This document shows positions 1 through 9,555 of a stretch of 20,000 bases of DNA, one piece after another. Below the pieces are notes generated by a model. The model made no database searches, had not been told where the DNA came from, and worked only from the letters and a program-made list of their open reading frames with translations. The first letter of the stretch is position 1. The number at the start of each line of letters is the position of its first letter. Where the stretch lies: assembly GCF_004010195.1 (NCBI RefSeq), contig NC_057718.1:52097048-52117047 (forward strand). Reading direction: 5' to 3'. A program made the translations under genes and the position numbers. The stretch is from Chiloscyllium plagiosum. Its lineage: Eukaryota.

Positions 1-235
1 CTGTGCCTGGGATCTGTGCGTGTGTGAAAAATGTCTCCAGCTGCAGCTCGGGAAGTTGCAGTTTCAGAGTAGGAGTGGTGTTTGAGGACACTGTGGAGCA
101 TTTACGATGCGGAGAGTATCATGGATAGCATGTGGAGAGAATAGGAACAAATTACTGCAGACACTGGAATCTGTATTGAAAATCACAAATGCTGGAGATC
201 ACAGTGAGCTAAATAGCATCCATGGAGAGAGAGCA

Positions 236-275
236 AGCTAACATTTCAAGTCTAGATGACTTTTTATCAGAGCTG
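236..275 (-). ncRNA. Degenerate minimal type I hammerhead ribozyme motif (PLE-associated)
   Basis: Minus strand reads CAGCT CTGATAA AAAGTC ATCTA GACTT GAAA TGTT AGCT: CUGANGA core with G8>A, stem II, GAAA, and AGCT/AGCT stem I. Confidence 0.65.
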
Positions 276-510
276 AAGTCAAGTCTGGAGGGGACAGTGT
301 TTATGCTATAGTTTGGGGGGAGACGGAGTTAGTGGGTGTAGGGTGCTGATGGAGAAAATATGTTGATAGTTCAGATTTACAGATCAGAATGCGTTTGATC
401 TGATCACTTAATCTGAACTATCAACATCTTCTTTCCATCAGCACCCTGCACCAACTAACTCCACACTCTGCAAACTATGGCATAAATGCTGTCCCCTCCA
501 CACTTCACTT

Positions 511-551
511 CAGCTTTGATGAAGAGTCATCTTGACTTGAAAATGTTAGCT
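511..551 (+). ncRNA. Degenerate minimal type I hammerhead ribozyme motif (PLE-associated)
   Basis: CAGCT TTGATGA AGAGTC ATCTT GACTT GAAA ATGTT AGCT: core with C3>U, stem II AGTC/GACT, and AGCT/AGCT stem I. Confidence 0.65.
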
Positions 552-1741
552 TGCTCTCTCTCCACGGATGCTGTCTGACCCATTGTGATCTCCAGCATTT
601 GTTGTTTTCAGTACAAATGGAGAGGTGGTTACACTGCAGAGTCAGAGTCCACAGGCAGGAAGAGAATGGGTGAACACTAGGCAGATCAGGATGGCTAAGC
701 AGGCAGTGAAAGGATCTCCTGTGGCTATTCCCCTGCAAAACAGGTATACCATTTTGGATACTGTTGAGGGGAATAGTCTCTCAGAGGATAACAGCAGCAG
801 CCAAATTCATGGCAATATGGTTGGCTCTGCTGCAGAGGGAGGGAGAAATAGCAAAGAAATGCTATAGTTACAGGAGATTTAATCATAAGGTGTACAGATA
901 GGTGTTTCCGTGGCCGTAGACAAGAGTGCAGGATGGTGTATTGTCTCCATGGTGCTAATGTTCTGGATGTCTTGGAGCAGTTGCAGGACATGCTGGAGTG
1001 GGAGGGTGAACAGCCAGTGGTTGCATTACACGGTGGTACTAATAACAAAGGTAAAAAAAGGGATGAAGTCCTAAAAGCAGAACGTAGAGAATTAGGATGA
1101 AAGTTGAAACGTAGGACTCCAAAGGTAGTTATCTCAGGATTACTACCAGCTTCATGAGCTAGTCAGAATAGAAACAGCAGGATTTATAGGATTGAACACG
1201 TGGCTGAAAAGATGGTGCTGGTGGGAAGGTTTCAGATTCATGGGGCATTGGAGAGGTGGGACCTGGATGAGTTACACCTGGGCAGGACCAGGACTGATGT
1301 TCTTCGAGGTAGAGTGGGTGGGGAGGGTTTAAACTGGTGTGGCAGGGGGATGCGAACCAAAGGAATAGGGCAGTAGATGCAGAAATTGAGGGAGAGTAGA
1401 AACTAAGGCAAACATGAATAAGTACAAGTTCAGGCAGGGGAGGTGGTCTGAAATGCATGTGTGTCAATGCTAGAAGTATAATAGGCAAGATAGTTGAACT
1501 TAGCGCTTTGCTAAGTACTTGGAACATTATTGTGATAATGGAAACTTGGCTGAAAGAAGGACAGGTCTGCCAGATGAATGTCCCAGGATTTAGATATTTC
1601 AGGTATGATAGAAGAGGATGTAAAAGGGGTGGGGGAGTTGTATTACTGGTAAAGGAACATTTCACAGCTGTACTGAGGGAGGATATAGCAGAGGACTCAT
1701 GCAGCGAGGCAACTCAGGAATAGGAAAGATGAAATCATGAT

Positions 1742-2499
1742 ACACCCCTCCAACTGTAACAAGGATAGAACCCCCCCCGGTGCTCACCTTCCACCCTACC
1801 AACCTTCGCACAAACCACATCATCCGAAGACATTTCCGTCACCTGCAAATGGACCCCACCACCAGGGATATATTTCCCTCCCCACCCATTTCCGCTTTCC
1901 GCAAAGATTGTTCCCTCTGTGACTACCTGGTCAGGTCCACGCCCCCCAACAACCCACCCTCCCTTCCTGGCACCCTCCCCTGCCACTGCAGGAATTGCAA
2001 AACCTGTGCCCCTACCTCCTCCTTCATCTCCATCAAAGTTTTGCCTGCACATCTGCCAATATCATTTATGGTATCCGTTGCTCCCGATGCGGTCTCCTCA
2101 ACATTGGGAAAACTGGACACCTCCTAGCAGAGGTCTTTAGGGAACATCTCCAGGACACCCGCACCAATCAACCACACTGCCCTATGGCCCAACATTTCAA
2201 CTCCCCTTCCCACTCTGCCGAGGACATGCAGGTCCTGGGCCTCCTCCACGGCTGCTCCCTCACCACCCGACCATCCCCACCCCCATTCACCTTTATACTC
2301 TATGCTACTTTCTCCCCCCCCCCACCCCCCTCGCATTTATCTCTCCACTCTGCAGGCATCCTGCCTCTATTCCTGATGAAGGGCTTTTGCCCGAAATGTC
2401 GATTTTCCTGCTCCACGGTTGCTGCCTGAACTGCTGTGCTTTTCCAGCACCACTCTAATCTAGACTCTGGTTTACAGCATCCGCAGTCCTTGTTTTTAC
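1742..2499 (+). mobile_element. 5'-truncated Penelope-like retroelement (Neptune-like): RT C-terminus, Cys linker, GIY-YIG endonuclease and 3' UTR
   Basis: LTFHPTNLR...RHFRHLQMDPTTRDIFPSPP.SAFRKD.SL.DYLVRS; PGTLPCHCRNCKTC; CTSANIIYGIRCSRCGLLNIGKT...FREHL...AQHFNSPSHS..DMQVLGL. It splits the CR1 endonuclease between 1741 and 2500 and has internal deletions. Confidence 0.92.
2369..2404 (+). ncRNA. Minimal hammerhead ribozyme motif in the PLE 3' UTR
   Basis: CTGATGA (2373-2379), A, GGGC-TTTT-GCCC stem II, GAAA (2393-2396), T, GTC cleavage triplet (2398-2400). Core intact; C15.2>T in the ACGT stem III palindrome; stem I short. Confidence 0.75.
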
Positions 2500-3485
2500 T
2501 TATACTACAAGCCTCCAATTAGCCAGCGAGGACATAGAAGAGAGAATATGTACACGGATTTTGGAAAGATATAAAAAAGCAGAGCTGTTGTGGTGGGTAG
2601 TTTTAACTTCCCCTATATTGACTGGGACTTACATTGTGCCAGGGGCTTGGATGGGGCAGAATTTGTAAGGACCATTCAGGATGGTTTCTTGACACAGTAT
2701 GCTAACAGTCATATCACAAAGGGGTTTTAGGAAATGGGCCCAGCCAGGTGTGCGAGGTTTCAGTAGGCGAGCATTTTGGGAATAGTGACCATAATACCGT
2801 GAGTTTAAGACACTCTTGGATAGGGATAACAGCAGTCCTCGGGTGAAGATGTTAAAATGAGGCAAGACGAGCTACAACAATATTAGGCAGGAAATGAAGA
2901 ATGTTTATTGGAGACAGCTGTTTGAGAGTAAATCTGCATAGGACATGTTGGAGTATTTCAAACGGCAGTTGATAAGAGTTCAGGAGTTGCACATTTCTGT
3001 ATAAATGAAGGAAAGGTATGGCAAGTTACATGAACCTTGGATGACCAGGATATTGCAAACTCAGTCAAAAAGGAAAAAGAATCATATGTAAGATCAAGGA
3101 GGATGGGAACTGATGAAGCCCTTGAAGGATGTAAGGAAAATAGGAAATAACTTGAACAAGGAATTAGAAGAGCTGAAAGGGACGTGAGAAGTTGTTAGTA
3201 AACAGGATTATGGAGAATCCCAAGGCTTTTTATATATATCTAAAAAATAAGAAGGAAATCAGGGAAAAGGTTTCAAGGACAACGGAGGGAATCTACGTGT
3301 AGAGCCAGAATAGGTAGGTGAAGTCCAAAGAGAAGGAATTGTTGGAGGATGATCTTGGGTAAGGGAATGTTGAATTTCTAATCCAAGTAGATATTAAAAA
3401 AGTAAGAGATGAGTGCATCGTAAAAAGTATTGAGGGTGATAAGTCCCTGGGTCCTGATAGGATCTATCCCAGAATATTGAGGGAA

Positions 3486-3603
3486 GAGAAAGTGAGGACT
3501 GCAGATGCTGGAGATCAGAGTCGAAAGTGTGGTGCTGGAAAAGCACAGCAGGTCAGGCAGCATCCAAGGAGCAGGAGAATCGACGTTTTGGGCAAAAGCC
3601 CTT
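3486..3603 (-). mobile_element. Penelope-like 3' terminal fragment (118 bp)
   Basis: Reverse complement AAGGGCTTTTGCCCAAAACGTCGATTCTCCTGCTCC...CAGCATCTGCAGTCCTCACTTTCTC is homologous to 2379-2499. It interrupts CR1 ORF2 at YPRILRE|AGALTDIF. Confidence 0.88.
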
Positions 3604-4092
3604 GCTGGAGCACTAACAGACATCTTTGTATCCTCTTAGGCTACAGGTGAGGTCCTAGAGGACCGGAGAATAGCCAATGTTGTTCCATTATTTAAGAATG
3701 GTAACAGGGATAATCCAGAAAATTACAGGTCTGTGAGCCTCATGTTAGTGGTAGAGAAATTATCGGAAAAGATTCTCAGGGACAAGATCTATACATATTT
3801 AGAAGCAAATGGACCTATTAGTTATAGACAGCGTGATTTTGTACAGGGGAGGTCATGCCTCACTGATTTGAATGAGCTTTTAGAGGAAGTGACGAAGATG
3901 AGGATAAAGCGATTGATGTTGTCTACACGGACTTCAGTAAAACCTTTGACAAGGTCCCTCATGGCAGACTGGTAGAAAAGCTGAGGTCACATAGTATTAG
4001 GAGTGAGCTGGCAAATGGATACAGAACTGGCTTAGTCATAGGAGAGAGAGGCGGAAGGATGCTTTTCGGAATCCATGGCTGTGACTAATGGT

Positions 4093-4119
4093 AGGAGAAA
4101 ATGAGGACTGCAGATGCTG
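4093..4119 (-). mobile_element. 27 bp Penelope-like 3' end micro-insertion with target-site duplication
   Basis: AGGAGAAAATGAGGACTGCAGATGCTG nearly matches 3486-3510. Flanked by GCTGTGACTAATGGT at 4078-4092 and 4116-4130. Confidence 0.85.
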
Positions 4120-5790
4120 TGACTAATGGTGTTCCACAGGGATCAGTGTTAGGATCTCTGCTGTTATTGAACTAAATAAATGATTTGGAGGAAAACATTG
4201 CTGGTCTAATTATTAAGTCTATGGAGGATACAAAGGTTGGTGGAGTTGCAGATAGTGAGGAGGATTGTCAGAGGATACAGCAGGATATGGATCAGTTGGA
4301 GTCATGGGCAGAAAAATGGCAGATTAAGTTTAATTTGGACAAATGTGAAGTGATGTATTTTGGAAAGTCAAGTACAGGTGGCAATTATATAGTGAATGGC
4401 AGAACCCTTAGGAGTATTGATATGCAGAGGGATCTGGGTGTACAAGTACACAGATTACTGAAGGTGATAGTGCAGGTAGGTAAGGTAGTAAAAAAGGTCT
4501 ATGGCATGCTTGCCTTCACTGGAAGGGACGTTGAGTATAAGGACTGAGAAGTTATGCTGCAGCCTTATAGAACTTTATTTAGGTCACACACAGAATATTG
4601 TGTACAGTTCTGGTCACTGCACTATCAGAAGGATGTGGATGCTTTGGAGAGGGTACAAAAAAGGTTTGCTACGTTGTTGCTTGGTATGGGGGATTATAGT
4701 TTTGAATAAAGGTTGGATAGACTGGGTTTGTTTTCACTGGAATGCAAGAGGTTGAGGGGTAACCTGTTTGATGTTTATAAGGTTGTGAATGGCCTGGAGA
4801 GAATGGAAAGTATGAGACGTTTTTCCCAGGGTGGGGAGTTTAAAAGAGATATGCAAGGGAGGTTTTTCACACAAAGGGTGGTGACGCCTGGAACATGCTC
4901 CAGAGGAGATGGTGGAAGCAGACACAACAGCAGCATTCAAGAAGCACCTGGATAAATACATGAATAGGAGGGGAATAGTGGGATATAGATCCTGTTCAGT
5001 GAAGACTTTTAGTATGCAAGGGCAAAATCTGCCAATGCAGGCTTGGAGGGCTGAATGGCCTGTTCCTTCTGCTCTATTGGTCTTCGTTCAAAAGACAAAA
5101 AAGAACCATACTACTCTTTTGCATTCTAAATTTCTGACAGGTAAAAGCTTGCCCTAACAGCTTTTGATATGACAATCTGACTTTCCGTCAATCCTGGCCG
5201 TTTTCTAAAAATTGGTGGTTTTAGCACTGAGGGAAGAACCCCATTGGACAATCTTTGCCAAACGTCTGAGGCCATGGATCTCTGAAAGCTATGAGTTGTG
5301 GTGTTTATCAATTACAAAGACAGTTAATGAATTAGTTACTGATTACAGTTTTCTGGTAAACAGGTTTAAGCCCTAACTAATTAACCTTTTAATTATATTT
5401 TATATTGGGTTTTCTTTAAGTGATGTGACTGCACATTGATGTGAGCAACCAACATGTAAATTTGCAAATTATTTTGTGTGTCCTAACCAGGGTAGCCTAC
5501 TCTGACTGATGTATCCTGTTGTATAAGTAATCTATATCACTGTTCATCTTATTGTATGAACTCCACGTGATCGCTCACTATAAGGCTGATTTTGTAACAA
5601 AATCCACTTTCAGGCTAGGGATCGACAGGGCTTGCTTGATCTAATATGGTAGAAAAATATCATTCGGTAGTCTGGCAAGAAGAGCCTCAAAAAATATGTC
5701 GCTTATCACTTGATGTAAATTTATCGTTCTGTATTTTTGATTGTGGACTGAAATAGGAAAATAACTATTTTAAAGCCAAAGTTTGCTGAA

Positions 5791-6102
5791 GTGGCAGGGT
5801 AGCTCAGTGGTTAGCACCACTGCCTCACAGCACCAAGCACCCGGGTTCAATTCTAGCCTTGGGTGACAGTGTGTGTGGAATTTGTACATTATTTCCATGC
5901 CTCATGGGTTCCCCCCATTTGCAACGGTTTCCTCCCACAATCCAAAAGCGAGGTGAATTGGCCACGCTAAATTGTGTGGGTTAGGCCCATTAGTCAGGGG
6001 TAAACATAGGGTAGGGGTCTGGGTGGGTTACTCTTCAGAGGGTCGGTGCGGACCTGTTGGACCAAAGGGCCTGTTTCCACACTGTAGGAATTCTAATTCT
6101 AA
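5791..6102 (+). mobile_element. HE1-like tRNA-derived V-SINE
   Basis: A box TAGCTCAGTGG (5800-5810), B box GGGTTCAATTC (5843-5853), V-domain-like CGGTTTCCTCCCACAATCCAAA, CR1-like tail AAGGGCCTGTTTCCACACTGT, and terminal TTCTAA repeats. Confidence 0.9.
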
Positions 6103-6628
6103 TCACTATATGTTATTGGAAAGCAAATAACCTGACACTCTCTGTAGTAACAATTCAAGCAGTAGTAGGAAAAAGATGTAGATGAGCTGGAACTGTGTGT
6201 GTACAAATGGAGAGTCATCCAACACCAAGTAGCTGATTGGTCTATAGACTAGTGACCAAGTCAAAAGGACAAAGGCCTTCCACTGCTAATAACTATGTGA
6301 CAAATAACTGAACAGCCTGGGGTCTGAGCAAGGTCAAGAGAAGTGAGCAGATCTCCACTGGCTGAGAAGCTCCTTTGTTATAAGCCACTTATGTTTGAAG
6401 AAAACCAATACATTAAATGCTGTAAACTGTGATGTTTAATTAATAAATCAGAGACCTACTTATTAGTGTGAAACAGTCACGCTATGCTTCCTGCAAACCA
6501 GTGATAGCAGTCAGACAACCAAGACTGAGGAAGCATTGTAAGTAGCACAAGAACAATCTAAGAAAATTGTGTGAACAGAAACAAACTGCTTTCTGAATCT
6601 TTCCTTCACTCTGCTGCACTCCTTTTAT

Positions 6629-6802
6629 TTGTGTGTGTGTGCGCGTGCATGCGCATGTGTGTGTCTGTGTATATGTATGTCTTTGTATGTGTGTGTGTGT
6701 GTGTGTCTTGAGTCTATAGAATGTGTGTGTGTGAGTGTGTGTGTGTGTTTGTGTGTGTCTGTGTCTGTGTGTATATGTCTGTCTGTGTGTCTGTGTGTGT
6801 GT
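6629..6802. repeat. Degenerate (TG)n microsatellite
   Basis: Interrupted TG/TC dinucleotide runs. Confidence 0.95.
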
Positions 6803-6997
6803 AAGGGTATGAAGCGTGAGAGTTTTAATTGGTCAAACTATATGCTGATCATACATAATCATTGAACTTTAGCTTGAGTCTATAGAATGTGTGTGTGCGT
6901 GTGTAAGGGAGTTTATGAAGAGTGGGAGTTTTAACTGGTCAAGCTATACGCTGATGATATATAATTATTGACCTTTAGCTTGAGTCGAGAGAATGTG
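6795..6997. repeat. Tandem duplication of a ~100 bp unit (2 diverged copies, plus a partial third at ~6707-6730)
   Basis: GTGTAAGGG..ATGAAG.GTG.GAGTTTTAA.TGGTCAA.CTATA.GCTGAT.ATA.ATAAT.ATTGA.CTTTAGCTTGAGTC occurs twice. CTTGAGTCTATAGAATGTGTGTGTG also occurs at 6707. Confidence 0.85.
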
Positions 6998-7309
6998 TCT
7001 GGACAACAGTCTTACTTCTTTGAGATCCCAAACCAAGTCTGTATGGCATCATCATAGTTTGTGATTCTTAATACACTTCTCAGCATTAATCCTTTCAGAC
7101 CCTTTCACCCTGATGCAACATTTTTCATGGAGGTTTCATTATACAACCTCCCAATAGCTTTGTATGGGCAATTTCAAGATTCCTGCTTATAATAAGTTCG
7201 CCAAATATTTTTTTGAAGAATTTTCTCCACAGAATCTCCAGTAGCGACCAAGTGGTTAGTCTTCAATTTCTGGAGACACCAAAGCATTTCTAGAGGTTTG
7301 ACATCCAAG

Positions 7310-7675
7310 CATAAAAACTAGCAGCAGGAATGAACCCATCCAGCCCCTCAAATCTGCTCTGCCATTCATGGCTGATTTTACTGTAACCTTAAATCTGCAT
7401 TCCCGCTTCCCCCAATAACTCTGTTAACATAAATCCATCTATTCTGCCTTGAATATATTCAAGAACTCTCTTCCAAGTGTTGGAAGCAAAGTTCCAAGTT
7501 TCACAGCCCTGTGGCAAGGAAGATATTGTTGGTTTTCTGTTTAGAATGGGTGACCCTCGAATTTTTTTTGAAACAATAATCCCTAGTTCTAGAATCCCCG
7601 ATAAGAGAAAACATCCTCTCCACATTTACCCTCTCAAAACTCTTCAGAATCTCACATATTTCAACCAACCTTAAA
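7310..7675 (-). mobile_element. Old CR1 LINE 3' end fragment
   Basis: Antisense CR1 tail pattern: GCAGGAATGAACCCATCCAGCCCCTCAAATCTGCTCTGCCATTCATGGCTGAT...CTGCCTTGAATATATTCAA...GTTCCAAGTTTCACAGCCC...CCCTAGTTCTAGA. Confidence 0.75.
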
Positions 7676-8444
7676 CATCAAGTCAGCAGCAGTTGGAAGA
7701 TTCTGAGACCAGTGGTCAAACTCACAACTACAAGCCTCAGGGTAAAAACTCATGCCTATTTGAATTTAGCCAAGAAAAGGTACACAAGGTTCATTTTAAG
7801 GATCTTAATAAACAAATGACAAATTCTCACATTTTATTCATGTTTCATTTTCAAGAGGCAGTGCAAAATAAAATTACAGTCCTTTACTGTTTTTAGTAGT
7901 GCTACTAAGTTGGATCTTTTTTTTGCTAATATTAGTAAAGAGAAAAAAAAGTGAGTTATATTCAAGTGTGTGTATTAGATTGCCTGAAGTTTCTGATTCC
8001 TTTTGACTATTCTTCATGAAAGATTAATCGACACATGGGATGTCATCTAGATTAATTTTGCCCAACTCAAATATTTGGAGAACCAATGTGTAAACTCCAG
8101 TAATTTCACTGGATTCCCTTTAAAGAGAACAAGAATGTTTTGTCATAGTTGTGCCTATCATGCGGTCAAATGTACTTTTCATATCATCGGTATGAAAAGT
8201 GTAAATTTGCCAAACCACTGACGAAATGTTAAAACCAATGTCACTCTACAGCATCAATAAATCTCGCCCCATGAAATTCGAGTTGATGTGAGAGTGCAGC
8301 TCTCACTCTGCTTTGAGAAAGGGTATGTGCTACTCTCATCTCTATTCGAGCTACTGACCCCATTGAAATATTTCTCTTTTCTGAAAAAGATTATGAAACA
8401 TCTATAATGAGTTATGATTTAATTTCAATATAAAAACTTGAAAA

Positions 8445-9142
8445 ATACAAATTAAAAGCAGAAGCGCATCATTTGGGTCTCCTCTGCCATTTGATAAAGT
8501 CATGGCTGTATTGTGATTAGAGCTTCATCTCCATTTTCCTGCCTCCCGAAGGTACCTTTTCACTCCATTCAAAATGGTCAGTGATTTTGCCTCCATTACT
8601 CTCTGGCAATGACAGTTCCATCGATTCGTGACATAGAGAAAAAATAAATCTTCTCCTTTCCATCTGAAACAAGTCCCCCCAATTTTTAAGTTGTGTTCCC
8701 ACATTCTAATCTCTCACACAAGGGGAGCCAATCTGTCAAGCCCCCTAAGCATATATTTCAAAAAGGTCACCTCTCTTTCCTCTAAACAGATACAGGTCAG
8801 ATCTGATCAATGATACCTTATCAAATAATGCTGTTACCCCAAGAAATGCTGACAACACAATTATGTCCTTCCTTAAATAAGGAGACTAAAGTTATCCTCT
8901 TGAAGAATTCGCACATTCATCAAAGCTTGTACAAATGTAGTGAAACATCTCCATTTTTCGATACAATTCTCCTTGCAATAACTTATACTTGACCTTGCTA
9001 ATTACTTGCTCTATGTACATATTAATGTATTGTGATTCAAATACCAGGACCTACAACCCCACCCCCAACAAGTAGCTCTGGTCTAGGAATTCTGCAATCT
9101 CACTCCATTTAAATAATGTGCTATTTCTATATTCTTCCTGCC
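8445..9142 (-). mobile_element. Old CR1 LINE 3' fragment
   Basis: Antisense CR1 pattern: CTCTGCCATTTGATAAAGTCATGGCTG...GACAGTTCCATCGATTC...AAAAATAAATCTTCTCC...TCCTTCCTTAAATAAGGAGAC...CTCCATTTAAATAAT...ATTCTTCCTGCC. Minus-strand reading includes MERRRFIFS. Confidence 0.7.
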
Positions 9143-9555
9143 TTGAAAAATATGTAAGTTCTCTTGTGATAAAGATAGTCCATGGATAACTCAAAATAAT
9201 AGAAATTGTTTCCTGTTTGAAATTTATTTATGATGTTTCGACTTCTACATTAATCCTATCCACATGTTCAATCTTTATTTCTCTCTCTTATCAAACTTTG
9301 AAAAAAGAAGTTAGTGTTTGCTACAATTTGGTTTGATGTTTATTAGAAGTTTTCAATATCATTAGTTGTTTTATGTGGTTGAAGGTATTATTGTTGCTAG
9401 ACACCAGAGATCCTCTGTAGCTGTCATCAGAATTAATATTGTGTAATGTAAAATCTAAAGCTCGATTGCCAGACCTTTAAGGACAACTTTCTTTGAAGTC
9501 AATGATCAGTGATATCATTGGAGACTGACCACAAAATCCTGAGCATGATTCTTAC

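Larger units (their letters stand above)
141..617. mobile_element. Penelope-like terminal (pLTR/3' UTR) sequence arranged as an inverted repeat, inserted into CR1 ORF1
   Basis: ~171-387 is the approximate reverse complement of ~397-615 (e.g. ACAAATGCTGGAGATCACA vs TGTGATCTCCAGCATTTGT). A PLE-type end lies on the minus strand at 143-172. Probable target-site duplication TGGAGAG at 133-139 and 618-624. Confidence 0.8.
1..1350 (+). pseudogene. CR1 ORF1 remnant (zinc-finger/leucine-zipper-like N-part plus SGNH/GDSL esterase domain), split by the PLE palindrome at 141-617
   Basis: ...LWSIYDAESIMDSM before the insert continues as (E)VVTLQSQSPQAGREWVNTR...IPLQNRYTILDT after it. Then VTGDLIIRCTDRCFRGRRQECRMVYCLHGANVLDV...EGEQPVVALHGGTNN, matching the GDS...PGA...HxGTND esterase blocks. 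Confidence 0.85.
1448..4960 (+). pseudogene. CR1 ORF2 remnant (AP endonuclease plus reverse transcriptase), fragmented
   Basis: ORFs 1457-1723 (endonuclease N-terminus), 3733-3975, 4185-4547 and 4713-4955 (RT and C-terminus) are pieces of one frameshifted ORF2. Confidence 0.9.
1..5090 (+). mobile_element. Decayed CR1-clade LINE (HER1-like), 5' part cut by the window edge, interrupted by four Penelope-like insertions
   Basis: Collinear remnants of ORF1 (CEKCLQLQ; GDxIIRxTDRCF..G; VALHGGTNN), endonuclease (CVNARSI, ETWL, GGGVVLLVK, YYKPP, GSFNFPYIDW) and RT (NYRSVSL, GRSCLT, DFSKTFDKVPH, GVPQGSVLG, EDTKVGG, WQIKFNLDKCEVMYFG, RDLGVQVH). CR1-type 3' tail GGGCTGAATGGCCTGTTCC at ~5048-5070. Many stops and frameshifts. 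Confidence 0.93.

Noticed and set aside
725..1665. Minus-strand ORFs of 107 and 168 aa (also 19570-19974)
   Set aside because: Antisense shadows of CR1 coding sequence.
5791..5862. tRNA-like sequence
   Set aside because: It is the SINE head; it runs into the V-domain and LINE tail and has no proper acceptor stem.
6629..6865. 78 aa Cys/Val-rich ORF
   Set aside because: It is a translation of the TG microsatellite.
6140..7030. Possible solo LTR
   Set aside because: Could not define TG...CA ends, a target-site duplication or a primer-binding site.
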